From the NCBI GenBank assembly GCA_902806335.1, contig CADCWG010000163.1, positions 2,110 to 66,109 of the forward strand: a stretch of 64,000 bases of DNA. The letters are read 5' to 3'. The stretch comes from an uncultured Thermomicrobiales bacterium. Lineage in GTDB: Bacteria > Chloroflexota > Chloroflexia > Thermomicrobiales > UBA6265. Made by a program: the position numbers and the translations under genes. Shown here in pieces: positions 1-8,054 of the stretch (its first letter is position 1; every line of letters starts with the position of its first letter). The notes beneath the pieces are model-generated. The model ran no database searches and was not told the DNA's origin. It saw only the letters and a list, made by a program, of their open reading frames with translations.

Positions 1-326
1 GCGAACAGCCCCGCGACGACGCTCGTCCCGCACCCGAACCTGGCCACCGATCCCCCTCCCCGTCACCGCCGTCCGCGCGCCACTCCATGTCGAGCGAGCA
101 TCCGCCTTGCCGCCCGTCCCCTGGGATCCCCCTGCGAGCCGCGTGCCGCCGCGTGTCCCCCCCTCGCCCGAGCGGGCATGGTCGGATCCCGGGGGTCCCC
201 GACGACGGACGCCGGAGGCACCCGACGCCGGGCCGCGGGGACGGACGGCGCGTCACTGCGTACACTCGGACGGAGTCCGGCGGCGATCGCCGCGGCCGAC
301 CCCGGAACCCGGAGCCAGGAGCCCGG

Positions 327-1382
327 ATGCCCGCCCTCCCGCAGCCTCCGACCCCGCCCGCCCACGACCCCCTCGGCGTGCTGGCCACCGCCTGGCCGGT
401 CGTCGCCGCCGCGCACCACGTCCGGATCGTCCCCGAGCGTGTCGCCGCGGTCGGGGCGGAACTCGCGGCGGGGCGATCCGCACCGCCGGCGTGGGACGGG
501 AGCCTCCACTGGCGCGACCCGGAGCGGCCGGGCCGGACCGCGGCCTGGGTCCTCGTCCTCGACGCCCTCAACTTCTGCTTCTGGGGCGGCGCGCCCGACC
601 CCGACCGGCGCTGGCGGGTGCGCGTCGGGGACCGGGTCCACGACGGCTACTGGGCCCTGGCGGCGGCCTTGACGCGGGCAGCCGACGAGGGGGTCCCGCT
701 CTGGGACCCCGCCTTCCTCGCGGCGATCCCCGAGGCCGAGGTGCGCCGCATCCTCCGTCCCGACGAGGGACGTCCAGGCACCCCCGAGATCCCGCTCTTC
801 GCCGCCCGCGTCGCCCACCTGCGCGAGCTCGGTCGGGGCCTGCGCCGGTGGGACGATCCGACCCAGGGCGCCGACCCCGCCTCGGCGCTGATCGCGGCCG
901 CCGGCGGCTCCGCCGCCCGGCTGGTCGAGCTGATCGTCTCGACCTTCCCGTCGTTCGCCGACACCGCGACCTACGGAGGGCAGGAGGTCCGGTTCTACAA
1001 GCGGGCCCAGATCCTCGTCGCGGACCTCGTGGGCGCCTTCGACGGCCAGGGACTCGGGGCCTTCGCCGACCTCGACGGGCTGACGGCCTTCGCCGACTAC
1101 AAGGTGCCCCAGGTGCCCCAGGTGCTCCGCCGGCTCGGTGTGCTCGCCTACGGCGACGACCTCGCCGCCCGGATCGACCGGTTCGACCCGATCCCGGCGG
1201 GGTCGCCGGAAGAGGTCGAGATCCGCGCCGCGACGGTCTGGGCCTGCGAGATGCTCCGCCGCGAGACCGCCGGCGGCCATCCCCTGCGCGCCTTCGAGGT
1301 CGACTGGGCGCTCTGGGGCATCGGCCAGGATCTCCCGGCGGACACCCGGCCCTATCACCGAACCCCGACCGTCTTCTACTGA
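327..1382 (+). CDS. queuosine-salvage family protein (DUF2419/QNG1-like)
   Basis: Taken from ORF 87..1382. The first 80 aa are R/P-rich, so I start at the internal ATG at 327. Motifs LDALNFCFWG and FADYKVPQVL are recalled from this family. Confidence 0.65.
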   Translation: MPALPQPPTPPAHDPLGVLATAWPVVAAAHHVRIVPERVAAVGAELAAGRSAPPAWDGSLHWRDPERPGRTAAWVLVLDALNFCFWGGAPDPDRRWRVRVGDRVHDGYWALAAALTRAADEGVPLWDPAFLAAIPEAEVRRILRPDEGRPGTPEIPLFAARVAHLRELGRGLRRWDDPTQGADPASALIAAAGGSAARLVELIVSTFPSFADTATYGGQEVRFYKRAQILVADLVGAFDGQGLGAFADLDGLTAFADYKVPQVPQVLRRLGVLAYGDDLAARIDRFDPIPAGSPEEVEIRAATVWACEMLRRETAGGHPLRAFEVDWALWGIGQDLPADTRPYHRTPTVFY

Positions 1383-1485
1383 TGGGCGCGGACCCCAGCG
1401 ACGGCATCCGGGCGCCGTCACTGCCGGGGCGGCCTGTGACTGCCGAGCGACCCTCGTCGTGATCGAAGGGGATGGGGCACCGGTC

Positions 1486-1800
1486 GTGTCCACGTTCTCT
1501 TTTTATTGAGTGAGAGACGAACCGTATCAGTGTTAGGGGCGGTGGACATGGGGATAACCCCCGAGAAAGCCCGGCACCGTGGGCAGAACCGGGGGGACAG
1601 CCTGGGGAGGCCGAGTCCACATCTCCCCAGCCCCACCGTCGACGGATGGGAGACCGCGTACGGACGTGCTGTGACGGTCCACCGGACGACCCGGGCTACC
1701 CACCGCCCGCGGCCCGGTTGTCCCCGGCTCGGCCGCGATTGTCCGCAGCGTTGTCCACAGTCCACACCGGTTATCCACCGACCCCGCGCGGTTGTCCACA
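1486..1800. promoter_or_regulatory. DnaA-box cluster with adjacent AT-rich tract (candidate origin or DnaA-binding locus)
   Basis: Perfect TTGTCCACA at 1751-1759 and 1792-1800. One-mismatch boxes at 1739-1747 and 1771-1779. Five two-mismatch boxes. AT-rich run at 1495-1516. No credible ORF in 1383-2491. Confidence 0.55.
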
Positions 1801-2423
1801 TCCCGCCCGAAGGCTGTGACGGACAGGCAGAGGGGCTGGAGGAATCCGTCGGGCCCGCCGGTTGCCGCCACTGGCGGTGGCGTTTCACCGTCTGGCCGCG
1901 GCCCAGGAGTCATCACGGGGCATGCGCGGTGGGACGCGGCCGCCGTCCGGCGGGGATGCGGCCGCCGCGCGGCGGGGTATGCGGTCGAAGCCGACGCGGG
2001 AGCCGGACGACCCCGGTGACACCGTCGGTGGGCACGGCGTCGGATCAACGTGCCTGAGTGGAGTCCAGGTCGTCAACGCGCCCGCCAGAGTAGGACCGGG
2101 TGCCTACGTCCAGCCGATCGGCGGCCGGGCTGGTGAGCAACGCGGGCTCCGTTGCAATCGCTCCGCGCTCCGGGATCTGTTGGTGTGTATACCGGTCAGC
2201 GTGCCAGGCGGCCGTGCCAGGAGTCCTGGGCGGGAACCGTCGTCGGCCAATCGCCGCCGCGGCAACGGAGCGACCGCGGATACCAGGGACATCAAGGGAG
2301 CGCCACTCCACCGCGCGCCGAGTCTCACGTAGTCACAGGCCAAGACCAAAAGAACATCGATATAGTCGATCATATCGCTGACAACGATCATCGTTAGGAG
2401 AGTCTTCGTGCCCTGCCGGGATG

Positions 2424-2459
2424 CCCGGGCGGGGCGACGTCTCCGCCACCCCGCCCGGG
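2424..2459 (-). terminator. GC-rich hairpin downstream of the DUF3303 gene
   Basis: Arms cccgggcgggg / ccccgcccggg (11 bp) with a 14-nt loop, 33 nt past the stop at 2492. No U-tract. Confidence 0.45.
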
Positions 2460-2491
2460 ATAGGTCGTCCTGGATTGGGGGTGACCGATTG

Positions 2492-2788
2492 CTAGGTCGC
2501 CTGCTGGGCCACCTGGCGGAGAGCCTCGATCTGGATGTCGTACTGGTTCTCGGTGACCGCCCGCACGTCCCAGCTCATCAGGTCCATGTAAGGCTGGAGG
2601 AACGCCGTTAGCTCCCGCGGGTCGTCGTAGTCGACAAGTAGGAAGCCGGAGCCGCCCCCGGCGAGGTTGTACCAGCCCCGGATCCGCTCGGGGTGGTTCG
2701 CCCCAGCGTCGTGCTGTTGGACAAGCCGCTCGGCCACCTGGGCGCGGGTCGTCCCGGGGTACCAGGTAAAGGCACAGTAGAAGCGCAT
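2492..2788 (-). CDS. DUF3303 family protein
   Basis: From ORF 2492..2845, started at internal Met (MRFYCAFTWYPG...). About 98 aa. The GW..LAGGGSGF.LVDYDDP..L pattern is typical of DUF3303. Confidence 0.65.
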   Translation of the reverse strand: MRFYCAFTWYPGTTRAQVAERLVQQHDAGANHPERIRGWYNLAGGGSGFLLVDYDDPRELTAFLQPYMDLMSWDVRAVTENQYDIQIEALRQVAQQAT

Positions 2789-2973
2789 CGCGTCTCCCTC
2801 CTCCGTGAGTCGCGCGGCCGCCTCGCCGCGTGTGCCCCCAGACAACGCAGAACAGGTACCAGCCGGGACCCAGGGGGCGCCGGCCGGGCGCCGACCTCCG
2901 GGCGCCCGCCGTCGGGCCGCGTGCGGTGCGGACCGCTACCGGCCGGGCCGCCCCGGCCAGATCGCCGTGGTAT

Positions 2974-3000
2974 TATTGACAATGAGAATCATTCTCAATA
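2974..3000. promoter_or_regulatory. palindromic operator overlapping a TTGACA promoter upstream of the P1B-4 ATPase
   Basis: TATTGACAATGAGAATCATTCTCAATA, with a perfect 7-1-7 core TGAGAAT-C-ATTCTCA at 2983-2997. The -35 TTGACA is at 2976-2981. This is an AT-rich island in GC-rich DNA between divergent genes. Confidence 0.55.
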
Positions 3001-3106
3001 CCGACCTGGCGAATCGGTGATCCCGGCGGTCGGTATTGGCGCCGCTCCCTCTGTCGGTCGGCGCCTCTCTCGCCCCTCTCGCCCTTCGACCGGAGACCGG
3101 GACCCG

Positions 3107-5230
3107 ATGGCTACCTGCAGCGTTGACCTCGGCTGCGCGCTCAACCACCCACGGCAGCGCGGCCTCGCGCCGTTGGCCGTGCCCTGCGCGGCGTGCCCGG
3201 CGTCGGCCACACGTCCCCTCGGCGCGCCCGCCGTGGCTGGGGCCGTGGCGTCGGTACGGTCGATCGCGACCCCGGTGCCGTCGCCGGCAGCCGCTCGCCC
3301 GACGCGGTCGGAGCGGTCGGACGACGGCGCGGGAGCGTGGGAGCACTGGCGGCTGGCCGGTGCCGCCGTCGCCTGCTGGGCCCTCCTCCTGCTCGCCGTC
3401 GCGGTCGACCGCCTCACCGCCGCCCCCCACGGCGCCGTCCTCGCGCTCTTCGCGACCGCGTACCTGGCCGGCGGCACCTTCGCCGCCGTCGAGGCGGGGA
3501 AGGACCTGCTCGGGCGGCGGGTCAACGTCGACCTGCTGATGGTCGTCGCCGCGCTCGGCGCGGCCACCGTCGACGCCTGGGCCGAGGGCGCGGTCCTGCT
3601 CGCCCTCTTCTCGTCGTCGAACGCCCTCGAGCACCACGCCCTCGGTCGGACCGAGCGGGCGGTCCGGGCGCTGATGGACCTCAGCCCCGCCGTCGCGACC
3701 GTGCTCCGCCCCGGCGCTCCCGGCGGCGAGGCGGTCGTGCCGGTCGCCGATCTGACGCTCGCCGACACGATCCTGGTTCGCCCCGGTGAGCGGATCGCGG
3801 TCGACGGCGTCGTCACCAGCGGCGCGTCGACCTGCGACCAGGCGGCGATCACCGGCGAGTCCCTGCCGGTCGGCAAGCGGCCCGGGGACCCGGTCTTCGC
3901 CGGCACGATCAACGGCACGGGCGCGCTCGAGGTCCGGGTGACCAGGCTCGCCACCGAGAGCACGCTGGCGAAGATCGTCGCGTTCGTCGAGGAGGCGCAG
4001 GCCGCCAAGAGCAAGACCCAGCGCTTCACCGACGCCTTCGAGGGCAAGTACGCCGTCGCCGTGATCGGTGCCGCGGCGGTGGCGGCGGTCGCCCCGCCGT
4101 TGGTCGCCGGCGTGGCCTGGGGCGACGCCTTCTACCGCGCGATGACGCTGCTGGTCGTCGCCTCCCCGTGCGCGCTGGTGATCTCGACGCCGGCGGCGAC
4201 GCTCTCGGCGCTGGCGAGCGCGGCCCGGGGGGGCGTCCTCTTCAAGGGCGCCAACCACCTGGAAGCCGTGGCGACCGTCCGCACCGTCGCCTTCGACAAG
4301 ACCGGCACCCTGACCACGGGACGGCCGTCGCTGACCGCGGTCGTCCCCCTGCCCGGTGCGGGCTGGGACGAGGCCGTGCTGCTCGGACGGGCGGCGGCGG
4401 TCGAGCGCCTGTCGGAGCACCCCCTGGCGGAGGCGGTCGTCGCCGCCGCCCGCGAGCGCGGCCTAGCCGTGCCGGAGGTGACCGGCTTCCGCTCCGTCAC
4501 GGGCCGCGGCGTGGCCGCCCGGATCGGGGACGAGCCGGGCGAGACGGCGGTCGGCGGCGAGGGGCTCTTCGCCGAACTCGGCATCCCCGTCGGCGACGCC
4601 GCGCGGGCGACCGCGGACCGGCTCCGCGACGCCGGCCAGACCGCCATCTTCGTCGGCGACGCCACCGGGGTGCGCGGGGTGCTCGCCGTCGCCGACGCCG
4701 TCCGCCCGGAGGCCGCGGCGGCGGTCGCGGCGCTGCGACGGATGGGCGTGCGGCGGACGGTGATGCTGACCGGCGACGATCCCCGGGTCGCGGCCGCCGT
4801 CGCGGCCCAGGTCGGGATCGACGAGGTCCGCGCCGGTCTCCTGCCGGAGGAGAAGCTGGTCGCCGTCCGCGAGCTGCTGGCCGGCGGGTCGGTGGCGATG
4901 GTCGGCGACGGGGTCAACGACGCGCCGGCGCTGGCGACGGCGACCGTCGGGGTGGCGATGGGCGCGGCGGGCACCGACGTCGCGCTCGAGACGGCGGACG
5001 TGGTGCTGATGGCCGACGACCTCTCGCGGCTGCCGGCGGCGGTCGGGCTGGCGCGGCGCACGCGGCGCACGATCCGGCAGAACCTGGCGTTCTCGCTGGG
5101 CGTGATCGCCCTCCTCGTCGCCTCGACGCTCTCGGTCGGGATCCCGCTCCCGCTCGGCGTCGTCGGCCACGAGGGCAGCACCGTCCTCGTCGTCCTGAAC
5201 GGCCTCCGGCTGCTGCGTGCCGGGCGGTAG
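3107..5230 (+). CDS. heavy-metal P1B-4-type ATPase (Co/Ni/Zn class)
   Basis: From ORF 2693..5230, started at ATG 3107 (MATCSVDLGC...). Motifs DKTGTLT, GDGVNDAPAL, TM SPC (VVASPCALV) and HEGSTVLVVLNGLRLL. No HMA domain. The N-terminus is Cys-rich. Confidence 0.9.
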   Translation: MATCSVDLGCALNHPRQRGLAPLAVPCAACPASATRPLGAPAVAGAVASVRSIATPVPSPAAARPTRSERSDDGAGAWEHWRLAGAAVACWALLLLAVAVDRLTAAPHGAVLALFATAYLAGGTFAAVEAGKDLLGRRVNVDLLMVVAALGAATVDAWAEGAVLLALFSSSNALEHHALGRTERAVRALMDLSPAVATVLRPGAPGGEAVVPVADLTLADTILVRPGERIAVDGVVTSGASTCDQAAITGESLPVGKRPGDPVFAGTINGTGALEVRVTRLATESTLAKIVAFVEEAQAAKSKTQRFTDAFEGKYAVAVIGAAAVAAVAPPLVAGVAWGDAFYRAMTLLVVASPCALVISTPAATLSALASAARGGVLFKGANHLEAVATVRTVAFDKTGTLTTGRPSLTAVVPLPGAGWDEAVLLGRAAAVERLSEHPLAEAVVAAARERGLAVPEVTGFRSVTGRGVAARIGDEPGETAVGGEGLFAELGIPVGDAARATADRLRDAGQTAIFVGDATGVRGVLAVADAVRPEAAAAVAALRRMGVRRTVMLTGDDPRVAAAVAAQVGIDEVRAGLLPEEKLVAVRELLAGGSVAMVGDGVNDAPALATATVGVAMGAAGTDVALETADVVLMADDLSRLPAAVGLARRTRRTIRQNLAFSLGVIALLVASTLSVGIPLPLGVVGHEGSTVLVVLNGLRLLRAGR

Positions 5231-5277
5231 GTGTCGAGTCGACCGGCGACCGGTCGCGACGCGCCCGCATCGTTCGA

Positions 5278-5332
5278 GATACGAACGGGCTACGACCCCT
5301 TACACCTACCCGGGTCGTAACCCGTTCGTATC
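5278..5332 (+). terminator. long inverted repeat (20-nt arms, 19 bp paired with one mismatch) downstream of the ATPase
   Basis: gatacgaacgggctacgacc ... ggtcgtaacccgttcgtatc. The function is uncertain. Confidence 0.35.
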
Positions 5333-5467
5333 CTTATGTTCACCGGGCTGGCTAGCTCGACGCCCTGCATCCCACGCCCCATGCCCCAGCGACGGGGCGG
5401 CCGGTGCCGCACCACGCCTCCGAACGGGCCGGGTCCCCGCCGGACGAGAATGGCGCAGGGTTCCACC

Positions 5468-5575
5468 CCGTCATTCCGAATCTGGAGGACGGGAGGAGGA
5501 ATCGAGAGCGCACCGGAAGCCAGGCCTTCCCAGGGCAAGTCCCGAGGCCAGAGGCTCGGGCACCGCGCCAGCCGA
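5468..5575 (-). repeat. MITE-like dispersed repeat, partial copy A' (inverted)
   Basis: The reverse complement aligns with the 3' two-thirds of the family (gagcctctggcctcggg...cgattcctcc...cagattcggaatg). Confidence 0.5.
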
Positions 5576-5607
5576 CGTTAACTGGGGCTGACGAGCGCAA
5601 CAGGTTG

Positions 5608-5750
5608 TACGGAATCCGGGTGATCGCCTGGGCTTCGCCCGCCAGTCCCGCAGCCGGCTTCAGCCGGCTTTGTTCGGGAGCCTCTGACCTCGGGGCTCGG
5701 CCCCGGGCGGGAGACGCCGCCGACACGCCCCCATACCACCACCGAAGAGA
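5608..5750 (+). repeat. MITE-like dispersed repeat, copy A
   Basis: tacggaatccgggtgatcgcc...gcagccggcttcagccggctttgtt...gagcctctgacctcggggc...ataccaccaccg. Confidence 0.7.
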
Positions 5751-5910
5751 CGGACCGCGACGTAAACTCCGAGCACCCCACAACGAACTACCCGACTACT
5801 CCTTGCGGAACAGGCAGGCGCAGGCAGACAAGATCGCTGGGCACGATCAATTCGAGGAGCGGGCTGGCATGGGGCCCGCCACCGTGGGGAGACGCGGGGT
5901 AGCATGGGCA

Positions 5911-6052
5911 ATAGGTGATCCGGTCATTGCCGGGGCGTCGCCCGGCGGGTCCGCGGGCTTCGGCCGACTTCGTGTCCGAGCCGCTGACCTTGGGGCTTTC
6001 CCCGGGCCCGACCCATCCCGTGTCCCGATCCCTCACCCCACCCGGATTCAGC
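5911..6052 (+). repeat. MITE-like dispersed repeat, diverged copy B
   Basis: ggtgatccgg...ggcgggtccgcgggcttcggccg...gagccgctgaccttggggctttccccggg...cccggattcagc. Confidence 0.55.
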
Positions 6053-6130
6053 CTGACCTTGGGGCTCTCCCCGCCTGGGCCCGGCCTTTGGCGCACCCCG
6101 ATGCCACCACCGACCAGCAGGATTCCGGAT
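6053..6130 (+). repeat. MITE-like dispersed repeat, 3' half copy B'
   Basis: ctgaccttggggctctcccc...gatgccaccaccgaccagcaggattccgg, directly abutting copy B. Confidence 0.5.
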
Positions 6131-6171
6131 GGTGGGCGAGCCCCAGCCGTTGGCCGTGTCGCCCGGTCCCG

Positions 6172-6750
6172 CTACTCCTCGATGTGCTGGCCGCCGAGCG
6201 TCTGCAGGAGCCGGTTCGCCCAGGCGAACATCGCCGCGGCGTGGGCGACATCCAGGATCTCCAGGTCGGAGAAACCGGCATCCCGCAGTGGCGCAAGGTC
6301 GGCCCCGGTCAGGGCGGCCGGGTCCCGGGTCAGCTTCGCCGCGAAGTCGACCAGCGCCCGCTCGCGCCCGGGGAGTTCCGTGTCCACGCCCTCGTCGAGC
6401 AGCCGCCGCATCAGCGCGCGGTTCCTGGTCAGCCCCTCGTAGGCCCGGGCGTGGACGGACGCGCAGTAGACGCAGCCGTTGACGCGGGAGGTCGCGACCG
6501 CCGCCAGCTCGAGGTCGGCCTTCGGGGACCCGTCCTCGGTGCCCGCCAGCGACTGCCGGAAGAGCTTGTGGCGGGCCCTCAGGGCGGGCGCGTCGTGGGC
6601 GAGCGTCGCCCAGTAGGGCCGGCCCCGGGGCGACGTCGCGATCTCGTCGACGATCGCCCGCTGCTCCTCGGTCGGGCCGACCTCGTCGACCGTCTCGACC
6701 CACGGCGTCCAGTCAACGTACCTGGTCGTGAAGCGCGGCAGCGTGGCCAT
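6172..6750 (-). CDS. AhpD-like peroxidase-related enzyme (carboxymuconolactone decarboxylase family)
   Basis: 192-aa ORF with a CxxC motif (RVNGCVYCASVHA). Adjacent to a second CMD-domain gene, a pairing I recall for this family. Confidence 0.75.
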   Translation of the reverse strand: MATLPRFTTRYVDWTPWVETVDEVGPTEEQRAIVDEIATSPRGRPYWATLAHDAPALRARHKLFRQSLAGTEDGSPKADLELAAVATSRVNGCVYCASVHARAYEGLTRNRALMRRLLDEGVDTELPGRERALVDFAAKLTRDPAALTGADLAPLRDAGFSDLEILDVAHAAAMFAWANRLLQTLGGQHIEE

Positions 6751-6754
6751 CGGC

Positions 6755-7309
6755 TCAGGCCCCCTCGTCGAACAGGCGGACCGCGTGGAGCACGCGGACC
6801 TGGAAGCTCAGAAAGGCGATCAGCTGGGAGAGGGTCACGATCTCCGGCGTGCCCAGCCCGGCCGCCCGCAGGGCGTCGATGTCCGTCCGCTCGGCGTCGC
6901 GCGGGGCGGTCGTCAGCAGGTCGACGTGGCGCAGGATGGCCTCCTCCCGCGGCGACAGTGCCGAGCAGGCCGGGAACAGCTCAATCGCGACCACGTCGTC
7001 CCCGGTCCCCCCGGCGGCACGGAGGCGATCCCGGTAGAAGGTGGCGAGCGCCGGGTGCGGCGTGAGCACCGCGACCCGGAGGGCGACCATCTCGCGCTCC
7101 CGCCGGCTCAGGCCGCCCGGGTCGGCCGGCTCCAGCAGGGCCTCGAGCGTGCCCTGGGCGTAGGCGGTGAGCTCGGGCCGCCGGGCCCGCAGCGCCGCCG
7201 CCGCCGACCCCGGCGCGATCCCGGCCACCGCGTCGATCACGTCCCGGGTCCGCGTCGCGGTCTCCGGGGTCGGTGTCTGGGTGTAGGTCTGGGTGTGGGT
7301 CTGGTCCAT
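6755..7309 (-). CDS. CMD-domain protein (partner of the peroxidase-related enzyme)
   Basis: 184-aa ORF, 4 nt upstream of 6172..6750. Helical AhpD/CMD-like sequence. Confidence 0.7.
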   Translation of the reverse strand: MDQTHTQTYTQTPTPETATRTRDVIDAVAGIAPGSAAAALRARRPELTAYAQGTLEALLEPADPGGLSRREREMVALRVAVLTPHPALATFYRDRLRAAGGTGDDVVAIELFPACSALSPREEAILRHVDLLTTAPRDAERTDIDALRAAGLGTPEIVTLSQLIAFLSFQVRVLHAVRLFDEGA

Positions 7310-7502
7310 CGTCGTACTCCTCGGGCACGGGCGGGTCGTGGACCCATCCCCGGACCGGCACGGTTGCCGCCTCCGGCCGGAGACCGCCCTGGCGTTCTTG
7401 TTCTATCGTGATGAACGATCCGATGGGCGTGGTGTGAGTTGGCGCGGTTGGCGGCGAGTCAGGGGCACCGGGAAGGGCCGAGGATGGCCGGCCACGCTTC
7501 CT

Positions 7503-7645
7503 GAACCCGGGTGATCCGTGGGACTTCGGCTAGCCGGTCCGTAGCCGGCTGCGGCCGGCTTTGTTCCTCAGCCCGGGGCTCCGCCCCGGACGGGACCGGC
7601 CGTCCCCGCGCCCTCGATTCCTCCACCGGTCATCCCGATTCGGTA
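7503..7645 (+). repeat. MITE-like dispersed repeat, copy C (internal deletion)
   Basis: cccgggtgatccg...gtagccggctgcggccggctttgttcc...cgattcctccaccggtcatcccgattcggta. Confidence 0.65.
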
Positions 7646-7660
7646 CCAGGCGCCGGCCAC

Positions 7661-7759
7661 TCAGGTGCCGGCCACCGCGTTGATGATCGCGCCGGCCACG
7701 ATCAGGACGGTGATCAGGATCGCGGCGATCGTCAGCGTGCGCCGGTCGTCGGGGTTCAT
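7661..7759 (-). CDS. 32-aa single-TM peptide (not in the ORF track as a separate ORF)
   Basis: MNPDDRRTLTIAAILITVLIVAGAIINAVAGT. Every codon ends in G or C. AGGAGGG lies 10 nt upstream of the ATG. Confidence 0.45.
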   Translation of the reverse strand: MNPDDRRTLTIAAILITVLIVAGAIINAVAGT

Positions 7760-7971
7760 CGGTCTCGTCCCTCCTGGTCGCCCGCCGCCCGGACCACGCG
7801 GACGGTCGCGACAGTGTCCGACCCCCGGGAGCGTCCCCGCAAGGACGACGCGCCGACCCGACCCGATCCACGTCCGGTGTCCTGGGCGCCGCTGCCTGGT
7901 TCGGCACCCGTCCGGTCCGCCGAGCACCGGCGCCTGCGGTAACGAAGCGCCAGGGCCATCGGGGGATGAGA

Positions 7972-8017
7972 GACCCGGTCGGTCCCGGCCATCACGGTGG
8001 CCGGGACCGACCGGGTC
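7972..8017 (-). terminator. perfect 19-bp hairpin downstream of the DUF305 gene
   Basis: gacccggtcggtcccggcc atcacggt ggccgggaccgaccgggtc, 38 nt after the stop at 8055. Confidence 0.55.
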
Positions 8018-8054
8018 GAAGGTCAGACGGGTCTTCCCCTGTCCGTCTCCGCCG

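Noticed and set aside
2200-2320. Cobalamin-riboswitch-like strings (gccaggagtcctgggc resembling a B12 box, gggaaccgtcg, gccactcc).
   Set aside because: The elements are in the wrong order, with the B12-box-like string 5' of the GGGAA core. The core consensus is poorly matched. No downstream gene lies on that strand.
1383-2491. Possibility of a degraded dnaA or dnaN gene next to the DnaA boxes.
   Set aside because: None of the six frames shows DnaA (AAA+/box VII) or sliding-clamp-like sequence. A homology search would be needed to exclude short remnants.
2408-2611. A 67-aa plus-strand ORF preceded by TAGGAGAG.
   Set aside because: It runs through the terminator hairpin and is antisense to the DUF3303 gene. 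The translation is R/L-rich junk.
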